From contig CAVVPE010000021.1 in the NCBI GenBank assembly GCA_963750035.1, positions 10,795 to 74,794 on the forward strand: a stretch of DNA of 64,000 nt, read 5' to 3'. The stretch comes from an uncultured Acidobacteriota bacterium (GTDB lineage: Bacteria; Acidobacteriota; Vicinamibacteria; Vicinamibacterales; CAVVIG01). Below are positions 29,634 through 40,078 of the stretch, piece after piece. The notes beneath the pieces were generated by a model, which saw only the letters and a program-made list of their open reading frames with translations, searched no databases and had not been told where the DNA came from. Numbering within the stretch: position 1 is the first letter of the stretch; every line of letters begins with the position of its first letter. The position numbers were made by a program, and so were the translations under genes.

Positions 29634-30491
29634 TGCCGACCGCCGTGACGAACGCGGCCTGGCCGCGGCCCGTGCGCGGCAGCGCCAGCTGACCGAGCCG
29701 CTCGTGCGTCCGGTGGCTGCTCATCGGCCTGGCGCTCGCGTTCCTGACGCTGTTTCTGGCCATTCCGCTGACCGCGGTCTTCGTCGAGGCGCTCGCCGAA
29801 CGGCTTCGGGCCCTACTTCGCCGCCATCGCGGAGCCCGACGCGTTGGCGGCCCTGCGGCTCACCCTCCTGACCGCGGCCATCGCGGTCCCGGCAAACCTG
29901 GTGTTCGGACTGTGCGCCGGGTGGGCGATTGCCAAGTTCCGCTTCCGCGGCCGTTCGCTGCTGACCACGCTGATCGATCTGCCCTTCGCGGTCTCGCCGG
30001 TGATCTCCGGTCTGGTGTTCGTCCTGCTCGCCGGCCGGCAGGGCTTCTTCGGTCCCTGGCTGGCCGAGCACGACGTCCAGATCATCTTCGCCGTCCCGGG
30101 GATCGTGCTGGCGAGCGTCTTCGTCTCGGTTCCGTTCATCGCGCGCGAAGTCATCCCCATCATGGAGGCCAGCGGCACCCACGAAGAGGAGGCGGCGCGC
30201 GTGCTCGGCGCGAGCGGCTGGCAGACGTTCTTTCGCGTGACGTTGCCGAACATCAAGTGGGGCGTCGTCTACGGCGTCATTCTGTGCACGGCGCGCGTGC
30301 TGGGAGAGTTCGGCGCGGTGTCGGTCGTCTCGGGCCATATCCGCGGGCTGACCAACACGCTGCCGCTCCACGTCGAGATCCTCTACAACGAGTACCGCTT
30401 CCAGGCGGCGTTCGCCGTCGCGTCGGTCCTGACGTGCCTCGCGCTCGTGACCCTGGTGATCAAGACGGTGGCGGAGCGCCACGTCCGCTGA
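29630..30491 (+). CDS. cysW: sulfate ABC transporter permease CysW, N-terminal frame switches
   Basis: ATG 29630 overlaps the cysT stop (ATGA). [29 protein letters not shown] is in a neighbouring frame. ORF 29844..30491 gives [20 protein letters not shown]...[20 protein letters not shown]...[25 protein letters not shown]. Confidence 0.85.
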
Positions 30492-30509
30492 AACCGTTCT
30501 GGTGAGCTG

Positions 30510-31570
30510 ATGAGCATCGAAGTCCGGAACCTGTCGAAGATGTTCGGGCGCCACGCGGCGCTGCGCGACGTCAGCCTGACCGTCAACTCCGGCGAGCTGC
30601 TGGCCCTGCTCGGACCATCGGGCTCCGGAAAGACGACGCTGCTCCGCGTCATCGCCGGACTCGAGGCGCCGGACGCCGGCACGGTGCATTTCGACGGCGA
30701 CGACGCGACCGAGCCGCAGCGCGACCGATCGGCGCGTGGGCTTCGTGTTCCAGCATTACGCGCTCTTCCGCCACATGACCGTGTTCGAGAACGTCGCCTT
30801 CGGCCTGCGCGTGCGGCCGCGCCGGCATCGCCCGCTGGAAGCGGAGATTCGCCGGCGGGTCGAACGAACTGCTGGCGCTCGTGCAGCTCGACTATCTGGG
30901 CGATCGCTACCCTTCCCAGTTGTCCGGAGGGCAGCGCCAGCGCGTGGCGCTCGCCCGGGCGCTGGCCGTCGAACCGAAAGTGCTGCTGCTCGACGAACCG
31001 TTCGGCGCGCTCGATGCCAAGGTGCGCCAGGAGCTGCGTCGCTGGCTGCGGCGTCTTCACAGCCAGATCCACGTGACCAGCGTCTTCGTCACGCACGACC
31101 AGGAGGAGGCGCTCGAACTCGCCGACCGCGTCGTCGTGATGAACGACGGCCGGATCGAACAGGACGGCACGCCCGAGGCCGTCGTCGAGCAGCCTGCCAC
31201 GCCGTTCGTCATGACGTTCGTCGGAGAGGTGAACATCTTTCACGGGCGCGTCCAGGACGGGAAGGCCCATCTCGGCCCGTTGGCGGTGGACTATCCGGCC
31301 TACGCCGTCGGCGCAAGCGCGGCAGGCGGTCGGCTACGCGCGCCCGCACGAGCTGGAGCTGTCGCGCAGCCGGCGAGAGCGAGGCGTGGGCGACGACGGT
31401 ACGCGATGTGCGGCGTCTCTGGCGCGGTGGTGAAGGTGGAGGTCACCGACCGCAACGACGCGCCCATCCAGGTGGAGCTCGGGCGAGAGCAGTACGAGCG
31501 GCTGCAGCTCGCCCCTGGCGAGAAGGTCTACGTGAAGCCGCGGCGCATCCGCGTGTTCACCTCGGACTAG
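30510..31570 (+). CDS. cysA: sulfate ABC transporter ATP-binding protein CysA, frameshifted
   Basis: [20 protein letters not shown] (ORF 30510..), [24 protein letters not shown] (ORF 30736..), [32 protein letters not shown]...[25 protein letters not shown] (ORF 30881..31570). Confidence 0.85.
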
Positions 31571-31591
31571 CCGAGGGGCTTCGCCCCTCGG
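31571..31591 (+). terminator. GC hairpin immediately after the cysA stop (no U tract)
   Basis: CCGAGGGGC TTC GCCCCTCGG, flanked by the direct repeat CTCGGACT. Confidence 0.45.
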
Positions 31592-31687
31592 ACTCCCCCA
31601 CACGCTCTTCGCGCGCCGCTTCGCCGGCGCGCTCCGGTCGCGTGGCTCGCTCGCGCGCTCGCTCGCGACGGTAGTTGTCCAGGAACG

Positions 31688-32968
31688 TCAAAACGCGACT
31701 TGCGCCCGGAAGACGATGGCATCCTCCGGGTCGCGGTCGGGAACGAGACCCCCTTCGAAGGTCGTGTGCTCGTAGGTCGCGTAGTACTTGATGAAATACG
31801 CCGGATACCAGTTCACGCCGACGATGAACGAGTCCGCTTCGCGGCTCGAACCGACGCCGGCGAGCCCGGCGGTGAACGCTCGGTCGTCAATCGTGACGTG
31901 GCTGTAACGCGCGACGACCTGCAACGCGCCGTACGTCCCAGCGGTCGGATCGAAATTCGCGCGCGGCCGCACGCCGCGGTCCGCACCGGCCTCGCCAGTC
32001 AGCACGAACGATCCCGTGACCTGCCACCCGTGGTTGGCCACCGCGGTCGTCGTTCCAGCGTTCAGCACGTCCTGGGTTGACTGCATGTATTCCGCGAAGA
32101 TGCCGAGCGCGTTGTCGTAGTAGAACGCCGAGGGTGTAATCCGCGTCCGGTCGCCGCCGGGCGCGGCGGGCGTCACATAGCCGAAGTATCGTTGCCCGAC
32201 CGACGTCCGGAAGAGCGGCAGCACACCACCGCGCTGCGTTCCCTGTGAGGCGCCGAGCGCGAACCCGAGCCCGTTCAACCGTCCGGGGTTCTGGGCACGG
32301 CGGAACGGCTGGACGAGCACCCGTCCCGCGAGATCCTTGGAATCGCCCGAATCGAGGTCGAGCACCGAGCTCGTGCCGTCAGGGATGCCGTTGAATAGGC
32401 CGCCAGCGTAGGACACTCGGCCGCCGGCGAGATCGCCGAGCGCCTGGACGCCGACGTCGCGATTCGGCACGAGGCCCGACGCCAGCGAGCGCTCTGGAAA
32501 CAACAGGAACGGATCGCCAATGAGGATCTCGTAGCCGATCGGCGTCTTGCTCTTGCCCGCCCGCACCCGGAACGCGTTGCTGAACCGCAGATCAAGGTAA
32601 GCGTCCTGCAGCACCGAGAGGCCGCTGCCGAAGTCGGGCACCAGGGTGAAGTCGAAGTAGCGCGCGATGCGACCGTTGAGACCAGGCCTGGCTTTTCGGA
32701 TGGTGAAGGTATTGATCACCGCGTCGGTCTCATCGGAGACCACGAAGCGGCCATCGGCCTGGGCAACCAGCGTGAAGTTGAGACGGAAGTCGCCGTTAGC
32801 GGACTGAATGAAAAAGCCATCCTGCCAGCCCGTGGTGACCGGGTTGGCGGGCTGGGTCTGCGCGGCGGCCGGGACAGCGGCCAGCGCAACCAGGGCCGCC
32901 GCTGAGGCCCCCTGGAACCATCGATGTCGTGAACTCACAACGCTCCTTCGCGAAAAAGGCTCGTACAA
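31688..32968 (-). CDS. OprO/OprP-family anion-selective porin
   Basis: Intact 426-aa ORF with signal peptide ending AAVPAAAQ. FTIRKARPGLNGRIARYFDFTLVPDFGSG...LQDAYLDLRFSNAFRVRAGKSKTPIGYEIL and C-terminal aromatic end RAQVAF. Confidence 0.8.
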   Translation of the reverse strand: MYEPFSRRSVVSSRHRWFQGASAAALVALAAVPAAAQTQPANPVTTGWQDGFFIQSANGDFRLNFTLVAQADGRFVVSDETDAVINTFTIRKARPGLNGRIARYFDFTLVPDFGSGLSVLQDAYLDLRFSNAFRVRAGKSKTPIGYEILIGDPFLLFPERSLASGLVPNRDVGVQALGDLAGGRVSYAGGLFNGIPDGTSSVLDLDSGDSKDLAGRVLVQPFRRAQNPGRLNGLGFALGASQGTQRGGVLPLFRTSVGQRYFGYVTPAAPGGDRTRITPSAFYYDNALGIFAEYMQSTQDVLNAGTTTAVANHGWQVTGSFVLTGEAGADRGVRPRANFDPTAGTYGALQVVARYSHVTIDDRAFTAGLAGVGSSREADSFIVGVNWYPAYFIKYYATYEHTTFEGGLVPDRDPEDAIVFRAQVAF

Positions 32969-33126
32969 AGCAAAAGCCCGGAAGCGTAGGCGCCTCCGGG
33001 CCTTGGTACGTCTGAGTGAGAGTCGCCCTTCGAAGCTAGCCGATCAAGACGTTCATAAGGCGCTCTGCTTGTACCCGATCGGCCGAGCCAGTGTCAACGA
33101 AGGCCAGGCAGACTAGGCGGATCACG

Positions 33127-33144
33127 GCGGACCTAAAGGTCCGC
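33127..33144 (-). terminator. hairpin GCGGACC-TAAA-GGTCCGC, 1 nt after the HD-GYP gene stop
   Basis: Read directly from the sequence. No clear U tract. Confidence 0.45.
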
Positions 33145-33145
33145 A

Positions 33146-35080
33146 CTACGTGCGCCTGGCGTGGGCCACGAGCTTCAGGTCGCGGGCCGGAGCGGCCTGC
33201 AGCTGATGCGACCGGGTGCCTCTACGCGCCGCATCGAGCGCCGCCGCGACGTGCGGCGCCACCATCTGGACGAGGCGGCCGAAGTCTTCCGTGAACGCGT
33301 CGCGGCCCGGCGCGTACATCGTCAGCACGGCCACGAGCGAATGGCCGGCGACCAGCGGCACGCTCAGGCAGCTGACGAGCGGCGGCGTCGACTCTGCCGC
33401 GCGGGCGCCCAGGTCGAGCGATGCATCCGAATTCACGATGGCCTGACGGTTCGAGGCCACCCAGCCGGTGAGGTTCTCGCCGAGTCTCATCGCCAGATTG
33501 CGCAGCGCTGGCCCGGCAGGGCCGAATGCTTCTGCGACGGACAGATGCTCGCCGGTGTCACCCACCATGAACCATGCCCCTGACGCGCCGGGCGCAATGT
33601 TCCGGAGCAGGCTGGTCGACAGCGCGAGAACATCGGCGGTCGAGCCGTTGCCTTCCGTGAGACGGGCCAGGCTGACGAACGCGAGCACTTCGTCCGCCGC
33701 GCCGACGCCGGGACGCGGCGCCGGGGCGATTGGCTCGGGCGTCGGGTGACCCTGCATCGATCGGTTGATTTGCTGCAGGACTTCGGCGCGTCCGGGCTCG
33801 TCGTGTTCGGCGATCCGGACGTCCGCATGAATCCTGATAAAGGCATCGACGACGTCCGGGTCGTACATCTTCCCCTTGCGATCCAAAAGGATCGCGATCG
33901 CCGCCTCGTTGGTCATCGCCCGCCGGTACGGCCGGTCGGACGTGAGCGCGTCGAAGCAGTCGACCACCGACAGAATCCGCGCCCCGATCGGAATGTCGGT
34001 CCCCGACACGCCGGCGGGATAGCCCGACCCGTCCCAGTTTTCGTGATGACAGCGCACGATCGGGACGACGGGGTAGGGAAAGTCGACCAGCGAGAGGATG
34101 TTCGCGCCGATCTCGACGTGACGCTTCATCTGCTCGAACTCGGCAGGTGTCAGCCCTCCCGGCTTGTTGAGGATTCGCTCGGGTATGGCGAGCTTCCCGG
34201 TGTCGTGCAGCAACGCCGCCGCTTCGATCGCCTTGAGGGTCAGCTCGTCGCTGACCTTCAGCTCTTGCGCGAGCGCCGCGGCGTACGCCTGCACTCGGCG
34301 GACGTGGCTGTGCGTGACGTCGTCCTTGGCGTCGATCGCCATGGCCAGCGTCTCGACCGTCGAGTGGTACAGGCGATCGATCTGCGTGACGTGCCGGCGG
34401 GCGTCTTCCAGCCGTCCGAACGACGCCCGCAGCGTGTGGTGGAAGATGGCGACGACCGGCAGCATCATCGCGACCGCTGCCAGCCCGACTTGCCGCAGGA
34501 TGACGATCAGGCCCAGCCCGACCGAGGCTGCCGCGAGGTAGCCGATGGAGAGCCACAGGAAATGGTCGTACCAGATCTGGAACGGCGAACGCCGTGACTC
34601 CAGGCCGACCGCCACCGCTATCAGGCCCGAATTCAGCGCGAAATAGATCGTCGCCAGGAAGAACAGCGCCGGAATCAGCGGCCCGATGCGCGCGTCATTC
34701 GCCGCCAGAGGCGATGCGCCGGTGATCAGGAAGAAGACGTGGCCGGCGACCCACAGCGACAGGGCCGGCGCGACGGCGTTGAAGGCGACGCGGCGCCAGG
34801 GGTAGCCCTTGCGCCACGAGAGCACAAAGGTGTCGAGCGCCAGCGCCACGGTCGCGGGCGCCGGGCCGAACAGCAGCGTGGACGCAATGAGAAACGTGTC
34901 CGCGACCGAGATGCTCGCGTTGATCGCGGAGACGTTGAGCGTGAACGATCCCGTCAGGATGACGAGGGTCGTAAACAGGAACCACTCGAACGGGTGCGGT
35001 GCGCTGAACAGCCCGACCGCCGCGTGCGCGACCGCGGCCGTGCCCGCAACGACGATCAGCCGGACGTAGAGCGACAGCAT
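33146..35080 (-). CDS. membrane-anchored HD-GYP phosphodiesterase-family protein with C-terminal GAF-like domain
   Basis: Intact 644-aa ORF with about 7 N-terminal TM segments. AAALLHDTGKLAIPERILNKPGGLTPAEFEQMKRHV...VRCHHENWDGSGYPAG...DCFDALTSDRPYRRAM. It lies 10 nt downstream of the S8 gene. Confidence 0.9.
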   Translation of the reverse strand: MLSLYVRLIVVAGTAAVAHAAVGLFSAPHPFEWFLFTTLVILTGSFTLNVSAINASISVADTFLIASTLLFGPAPATVALALDTFVLSWRKGYPWRRVAFNAVAPALSLWVAGHVFFLITGASPLAANDARIGPLIPALFFLATIYFALNSGLIAVAVGLESRRSPFQIWYDHFLWLSIGYLAAASVGLGLIVILRQVGLAAVAMMLPVVAIFHHTLRASFGRLEDARRHVTQIDRLYHSTVETLAMAIDAKDDVTHSHVRRVQAYAAALAQELKVSDELTLKAIEAAALLHDTGKLAIPERILNKPGGLTPAEFEQMKRHVEIGANILSLVDFPYPVVPIVRCHHENWDGSGYPAGVSGTDIPIGARILSVVDCFDALTSDRPYRRAMTNEAAIAILLDRKGKMYDPDVVDAFIRIHADVRIAEHDEPGRAEVLQQINRSMQGHPTPEPIAPAPRPGVGAADEVLAFVSLARLTEGNGSTADVLALSTSLLRNIAPGASGAWFMVGDTGEHLSVAEAFGPAGPALRNLAMRLGENLTGWVASNRQAIVNSDASLDLGARAAESTPPLVSCLSVPLVAGHSLVAVLTMYAPGRDAFTEDFGRLVQMVAPHVAAALDAARRGTRSHQLQAAPARDLKLVAHARRT

Positions 35081-35090
35081 CGGCCGGCCG

Positions 35091-36923
35091 CTACGGCTCC
35101 GTCAGCACCTGGGTACCCCAGATGATCTCGTCGTCGCCGGACGTGCCCCAGATGATCTCGTCGCCGCTCGGATCGTGGATGGTCGTGCCCCAGATGATCT
35201 CGTCCTGATCGTTGGTGCCCCAGATGATTTCGTCGTTGGTGCCCCAGATGATCTCGTCGTTCGCGGCCCAGACGGCCACGTCGCCCCAGATCAGGTAATT
35301 CCGGGGCAGCGAGGCCAACGGGTTCAGCAGGCCGGCGAGGTTCAGATTGCCGAATCCGATGCCGCTCGGGTTCGACCACAGCCGCGACAGGTCGAGGAGC
35401 GACAGCAGCTTCAGGCCCTGGCCCGTGTAGACGCGGTGCGCAAGCGTCCCGGCGTCCCAGAAAAACGCGCCGCCGGTGTCACCCAGCAGACTGCCGAGCA
35501 GGCTGGTGAGCGAGTTCACGAGCGATGGCAGGCCCTTCGCGGCAATCTGCCGCGACGCCCAGATGTTGAGGCTGCCGGCGCCGGCGCCCATCAGGCCGCC
35601 GTCGTCGATCGGCGTCGCGCCGGATTGCAGCGCCATCTTCACGTGCGCGGTCGTCAGGCTCGGCGTCCCCTGCAAGAGCAGCGCGGCCGCCGCGGTGACG
35701 ACCGGCGCGGCCATGCTGGTGCCGCTCAAGTGCATGTAGGCGTTGTTGCCGACGCCGGCGCGATGCAGCAGCGGATAGGTCGCGGGCAGGTACGACCCGT
35801 TCGCTTCGAGCGACACGATTCGCGAGCCGGGTGCCACCAGGTCGGGCTTGACCGCGAAATCGAACTTCGTCGGTCCGCGCGAGCTGTAGGGGGCGACCGT
35901 GTCGTCGCTCCGCGAAGTCGTCCCCTTGGTATCAATCGCGCCGACGGTGATCGCATACGGCGAGTTGCCGGGCGACAGGACGCCGCCCATGATCCGCACG
36001 CCGCCATCAGTCTGACCGCTGTTGCCGGCCGCGGCGACGACCACGATGCCGGCGTTGACGGCTCGTCGAACGGCCTCGCACAGCGGGTCAGTCGCCGCCG
36101 GCTCCATCACCGGATGGCCGAGCGACAGGTTGATGACGCGAATGTTGTAGCGGCTCCGGTTGGCAACGGCCCAATTGATGCCGGCAATGACGTCGCTCGT
36201 GAATCCCGCGCCGTTGTCGCCGAGGACGCGAATGTTGATCAGTTGCACACCGGGGGCGATGCCGCTTGGGTACAGGCTGGTCGTCGAGGTCCGCGCGCCT
36301 GCGATGATGCCCGCGACGTGCGTCCCGTGGCCGTACTCGTCGGCGGTCGACGGGTCGTTGGCGAGCATGCTGACGTTCGCGACGACCTTGCCCTTGAGCG
36401 CGTTGTGCACCGTGATGCCGGAGTCGATCACGGCGACGCCGATGCCCTGTCCGGTCACTCCCTGGATGCCGCCGATGCCGAGCAGGCCGCCGGTGCCGGC
36501 CCAGGTGAGGTCCGCGCCGGTCGACTTGACTGCGACCGACATCGAGGGACGCACTTCAGGGTCCCCGGAGAGATGGTCGACGGCGCGATCGGCGGCGAGG
36601 CCGCTCACCTGCCGTCCGTCGGCGCGCAAGACAGCGCCGTCGTCGAGCCACCGGACCACCGACACGCCGTGTCGGCGGGCCAGCGCGCTGATCTCGTCGC
36701 GCGTCCCGTGGACGATGACGCGCGTGCGCTCCGCGGGACGCCGGCTTTCATGGAAGAGGAGATCGGTCGACAGGCGTGCGCGATGCTGTGCGCCAACGCC
36801 AACGCCGGAGCCGGCGGCGAGCGCGCCGGCAAGGGCTACCAGACTGAAGACGAAGCGCCGCCACGTGCGCGCTCCGCGAAGTCGTCGATCAGCAACGGCC
36901 ATGACTGGACACCATCCCCGCAA
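35091..36923 (-). CDS. S8-family (subtilisin-like) serine peptidase with C-terminal DEIIWGT tandem repeats
   Basis: Intact ORF with triad contexts AVIDSGITVHNAL, HGTHVAGIIAG and GTSMAAPVVTAAAALL. The C-terminus is NDEIIWGTNDEIIWGTNDQDEIIWGTTIHDPSGDEIIWGTSGDDEIIWGTQVLTEP. Confidence 0.9.
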   Translation of the reverse strand: MRGWCPVMAVADRRLRGARTWRRFVFSLVALAGALAAGSGVGVGAQHRARLSTDLLFHESRRPAERTRVIVHGTRDEISALARRHGVSVVRWLDDGAVLRADGRQVSGLAADRAVDHLSGDPEVRPSMSVAVKSTGADLTWAGTGGLLGIGGIQGVTGQGIGVAVIDSGITVHNALKGKVVANVSMLANDPSTADEYGHGTHVAGIIAGARTSTTSLYPSGIAPGVQLINIRVLGDNGAGFTSDVIAGINWAVANRSRYNIRVINLSLGHPVMEPAATDPLCEAVRRAVNAGIVVVAAAGNSGQTDGGVRIMGGVLSPGNSPYAITVGAIDTKGTTSRSDDTVAPYSSRGPTKFDFAVKPDLVAPGSRIVSLEANGSYLPATYPLLHRAGVGNNAYMHLSGTSMAAPVVTAAAALLLQGTPSLTTAHVKMALQSGATPIDDGGLMGAGAGSLNIWASRQIAAKGLPSLVNSLTSLLGSLLGDTGGAFFWDAGTLAHRVYTGQGLKLLSLLDLSRLWSNPSGIGFGNLNLAGLLNPLASLPRNYLIWGDVAVWAANDEIIWGTNDEIIWGTNDQDEIIWGTTIHDPSGDEIIWGTSGDDEIIWGTQVLTEP

Positions 36924-37194
36924 TAAGAAAGTGACGCTTCGCGAGGAGCAACTTCACGGCCAGGAGCTGAGCTTTTTCAGGAATCGTGTAGGACTTTAGC
37001 TGACAGTGAGTTACTGACACGTACAAAACTGTCATCAACGACGCGGTGGCTCGACATTGAACACGAGCCGACGGGTTTTGACCCGCGCCTGCGGCGAGAC
37101 AGGCGTGTTTCCTATACCTTTTGCAGTTGTTACGCTGGATGTGTTGTTTCAGACCACCATTTCAGAATCGAGACGACGTAATATCCGGGGGACT

Positions 37195-40029
37195 ATGCGA
37201 AAGCTCGCCGCGCTCGTGCTCAGCCTGTTGGCACTTCTGCTCGCCGTTTCTCCCAAGGCCCAGGCGCCGCAGCCTGCGCCCGCCACTTTCAATCCGCAGG
37301 ACGTCATCCCGTTCGATGCGGTCGTCCGCCGTGGCACGCTGCCGAACGGGCTCACGTATTTCATCCGCCGCAATGCCCGTCCTGAAAAGCGGGTCTCGCT
37401 GCGGCTCGCGGTGAAAGCCGGATCGCTGTACGAAGCGGACGATCAGCAGGGGCTCGCGCACCTCATCGAGCACATGGCGTTCAACGGCAGCGCGCACTTC
37501 AAGCCGGGCGAGCTCGTGTCGTACTTCGAGTCGACGGGCGCGCGGCTCGGGCCGCACGTCAACGCCTATACGAGCTTCGACGAGACCGTGTACATGCTCG
37601 AGCTGCCGACCGACAACGCCGAGATCGTGACGCGCGGGTTCGACCGCGCTGGCCGACTTCGCCGGCGGCCTGTCGCTCGATGCCGACCAGATCGACAAGG
37701 AGCGCGGCGTCGTCATCGAAGAATGGCGCGGGCGGCTCGGCGCCGGGCAGCGCATCCAGGACAAACAGCTGCCGCTGATGTTCTACGGCTCGCGGTACGC
37801 CGAGCGGCTGCCGATCGGCAAACCTGAAATCCTGAGGACGGCGCCGGCCGCACGTCTTCGTGCGTTCTACGACACGTGGTATCGCCCCGAACTCATGGCG
37901 ATCGTCGCGGTCGGCGATATCGACGCCGCACAGGCCGAACAGTCGATCCGATCGGCCTTCGGTCCGATCGCGGCGCGCGCACCGGCCGGACAGCCGCCGA
38001 ATGCGCAGGTGCCGCTGCATTCGGAGCTGCTCGTCAACGTCGCGACCGATCCCGAGCTGACGAGCTCGAGCGTGCGGCTGGTGACGAAGCAGCCGGCCGA
38101 GCGGCAGGACCGGGTCGGCGACTACCGCCGCAACCTGGTCGAGCGCCTGTTCGCCGACATGTTGAACGATCGGTTCGGCGAACTGGCCCGCAAGCCCGAT
38201 GCGAAGTTCCTCGGCGCCGGCGGCGGCGGCGGACCGCTGACGCCGACGGTGCAGACGTTCTCGCTGCAGGCGCGCGTGCCGGACGGCAGCCTGCTCGACG
38301 GCCTCAACGTGCTCGAGATCGAAGCCCGCCGCGTGCGCGAGCATGGCTTCAACCAGTCGGAGCTCGATCGCAACAAGCGCGAGATGGCCGCGTACTACGA
38401 ACAGGCCTACAACGAGCGCGACAAGAGCGAGAGCGGCGGGTACGCCGACGAGTACATCCGGCACTTCCTCGAGGGCGAGCCCGCTCCCGGCATCGCGTAC
38501 GAGTATCGCCTCGTACAGAGCGTCCTGCCCGGCATCACGCTCCAGGAAGTGACGACCTTCGCACGCTCGCGCCTGTCGGGCCAGAGCCGCGTGGTCCTGG
38601 CGGTGCAGCCGGAGAAGCCGGGCCTGACCCCGCCCTCGGAAGGCGATCTCCGCTCGGCGATCACCGCGGCCGACAAAGTGGCGGTCACGCCGTGGAGCGA
38701 TACGACCACGACGCGCGCGCTCGTCGAAAAGATCCCGGAACCCGCCCGCGTCGAATCGCGCCGCGAGCTCGCCAACGTCGGCGTCACCGTCGTTCGGTTC
38801 GCGAACGGCGTGGAGGCGTGGCTGAAACCCACCGACTTCAAGAACGACCAGGTCCTGTTCACGATGTATTCGATGGGCGGCGCGTCGCTCGCCGCGCGGA
38901 CGGACTTCGTCGATGCGTCGCTGGCCTCGAGCTACGTTGGGGCATCCGGTGCCGGGGGCCTGAAAGCGCTCGACCTTCAGCGCGTGCTCGCCGGCAAGCT
39001 GGCCGCCGCGTCCCCCTTCATCTCTGGCTCGACACACGGCATCAACGGTTCGGCGGCCCCGGCGGAGCTCGAAACGGCGTTGCAGCTCCTCTATCAATTC
39101 GTCGTCGCGCCTGGCGACGACCCCGAGGCGTTCGCGCTCATGAAACGCCAGCTCGAGGCCTCGATCGCCAACCGCGGCCGCAGCCCCGGCCAGGTCTTCG
39201 GCGAGCGCATCGAGCAGATCAACTCCTCGAACCACTACACGGCAGACCCGCTCACCGCCGAGGACATCGCGGCGCTCGACAGGGCGAAGATGCTGTCTTT
39301 CTACCGCGCGCGCTTTGCCAACGCGGCCGATTTCACGTTCTTCATGGTCGGGACCTTCGAGATCGACTCGGCCATCCCGCTGCTCGCGCGGTACGTGGGG
39401 ACACTGCCCTCCACCGGCAAGAAGACCGCGGAGTTCAAGGATATCGGCGTGCGGTTCCCGGCCAAGGTCATCACCGAACGCGTCGAGAAGGGGCGGGAGC
39501 CGCAGAGCCGGACCGTGATCAGCTTCTTCGCCGATCCGTCTCCGGATCCGGTGGACCAGGAGCGCGTCGGCGCCGCCACCACCGTGCTGGAAATCGCGCT
39601 GCGCGACACGCTGCGCGAGGAGCTCGGGCAAACGTATACGGTCTCGGTCGGCCTCGCCCAGTCGCTGCCGCAGCGAGGCGATGGCCACACACAGGTGAGC
39701 TTCGGCGCGGCGCCCGAGAACATCAACACCATGACCGAACGGGTCATCCAGGAAGTGCGGCGGCTGCAGGAAAAGGGGCCATCGGAGGATCTGACGTCAC
39801 GCGCCAAGGAATCGGCGCGCCGCACCTATGAAACGGCGCTACGGCAGAATTCGTACTGGATGCAGCGAATGCGGACGGTCCACATGCTTGGCCGCGATCC
39901 GGGCGAGATCCTCACCCGCGTCGAACGCATCAACGCGGTGACACCGGCCATCGTTCAGGAAGCGTTCAGGAAATACTTCCCGCTGGATCGGTACACGGTC
40001 GTCACGCTCCTGCCCGAGCCGGCAAGTAG
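37195..40029 (+). CDS. M16-family (pitrilysin/insulinase-like) zinc peptidase, double module, frameshift near 37645
   Basis: ATG 37195: MRKLAALVLSLLALLLAVSPKAQA. HLIEHMAFNGS (HxxEH). It continues in ORF 37778..40114 (ALADFAGGLSLDADQIDKERGVVIEEWRGR...). The track ORF reads through two terminator hairpins to 40114. A TAG in the neighbouring frame at 40027-40029, just before the hairpins, is the likely true stop. Confidence 0.85.
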
Positions 40030-40077
40030 GCCGACCCTGTTAGGGTCGGCTTCGGAATGTCCGGCTGAACGCCGGAC
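40030..40077. terminator. two GC hairpins between convergent genes (candidate bidirectional terminators / REP-like)
   Basis: GCCGACCC TGTTA GGGTCGGC (40030-40050) and GTCCGGC TGAAC GCCGGAC (40059-40077). They lie between the probable M16 stop and the EEP stop at 40079. Confidence 0.6.
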
Positions 40078-40078
40078 G

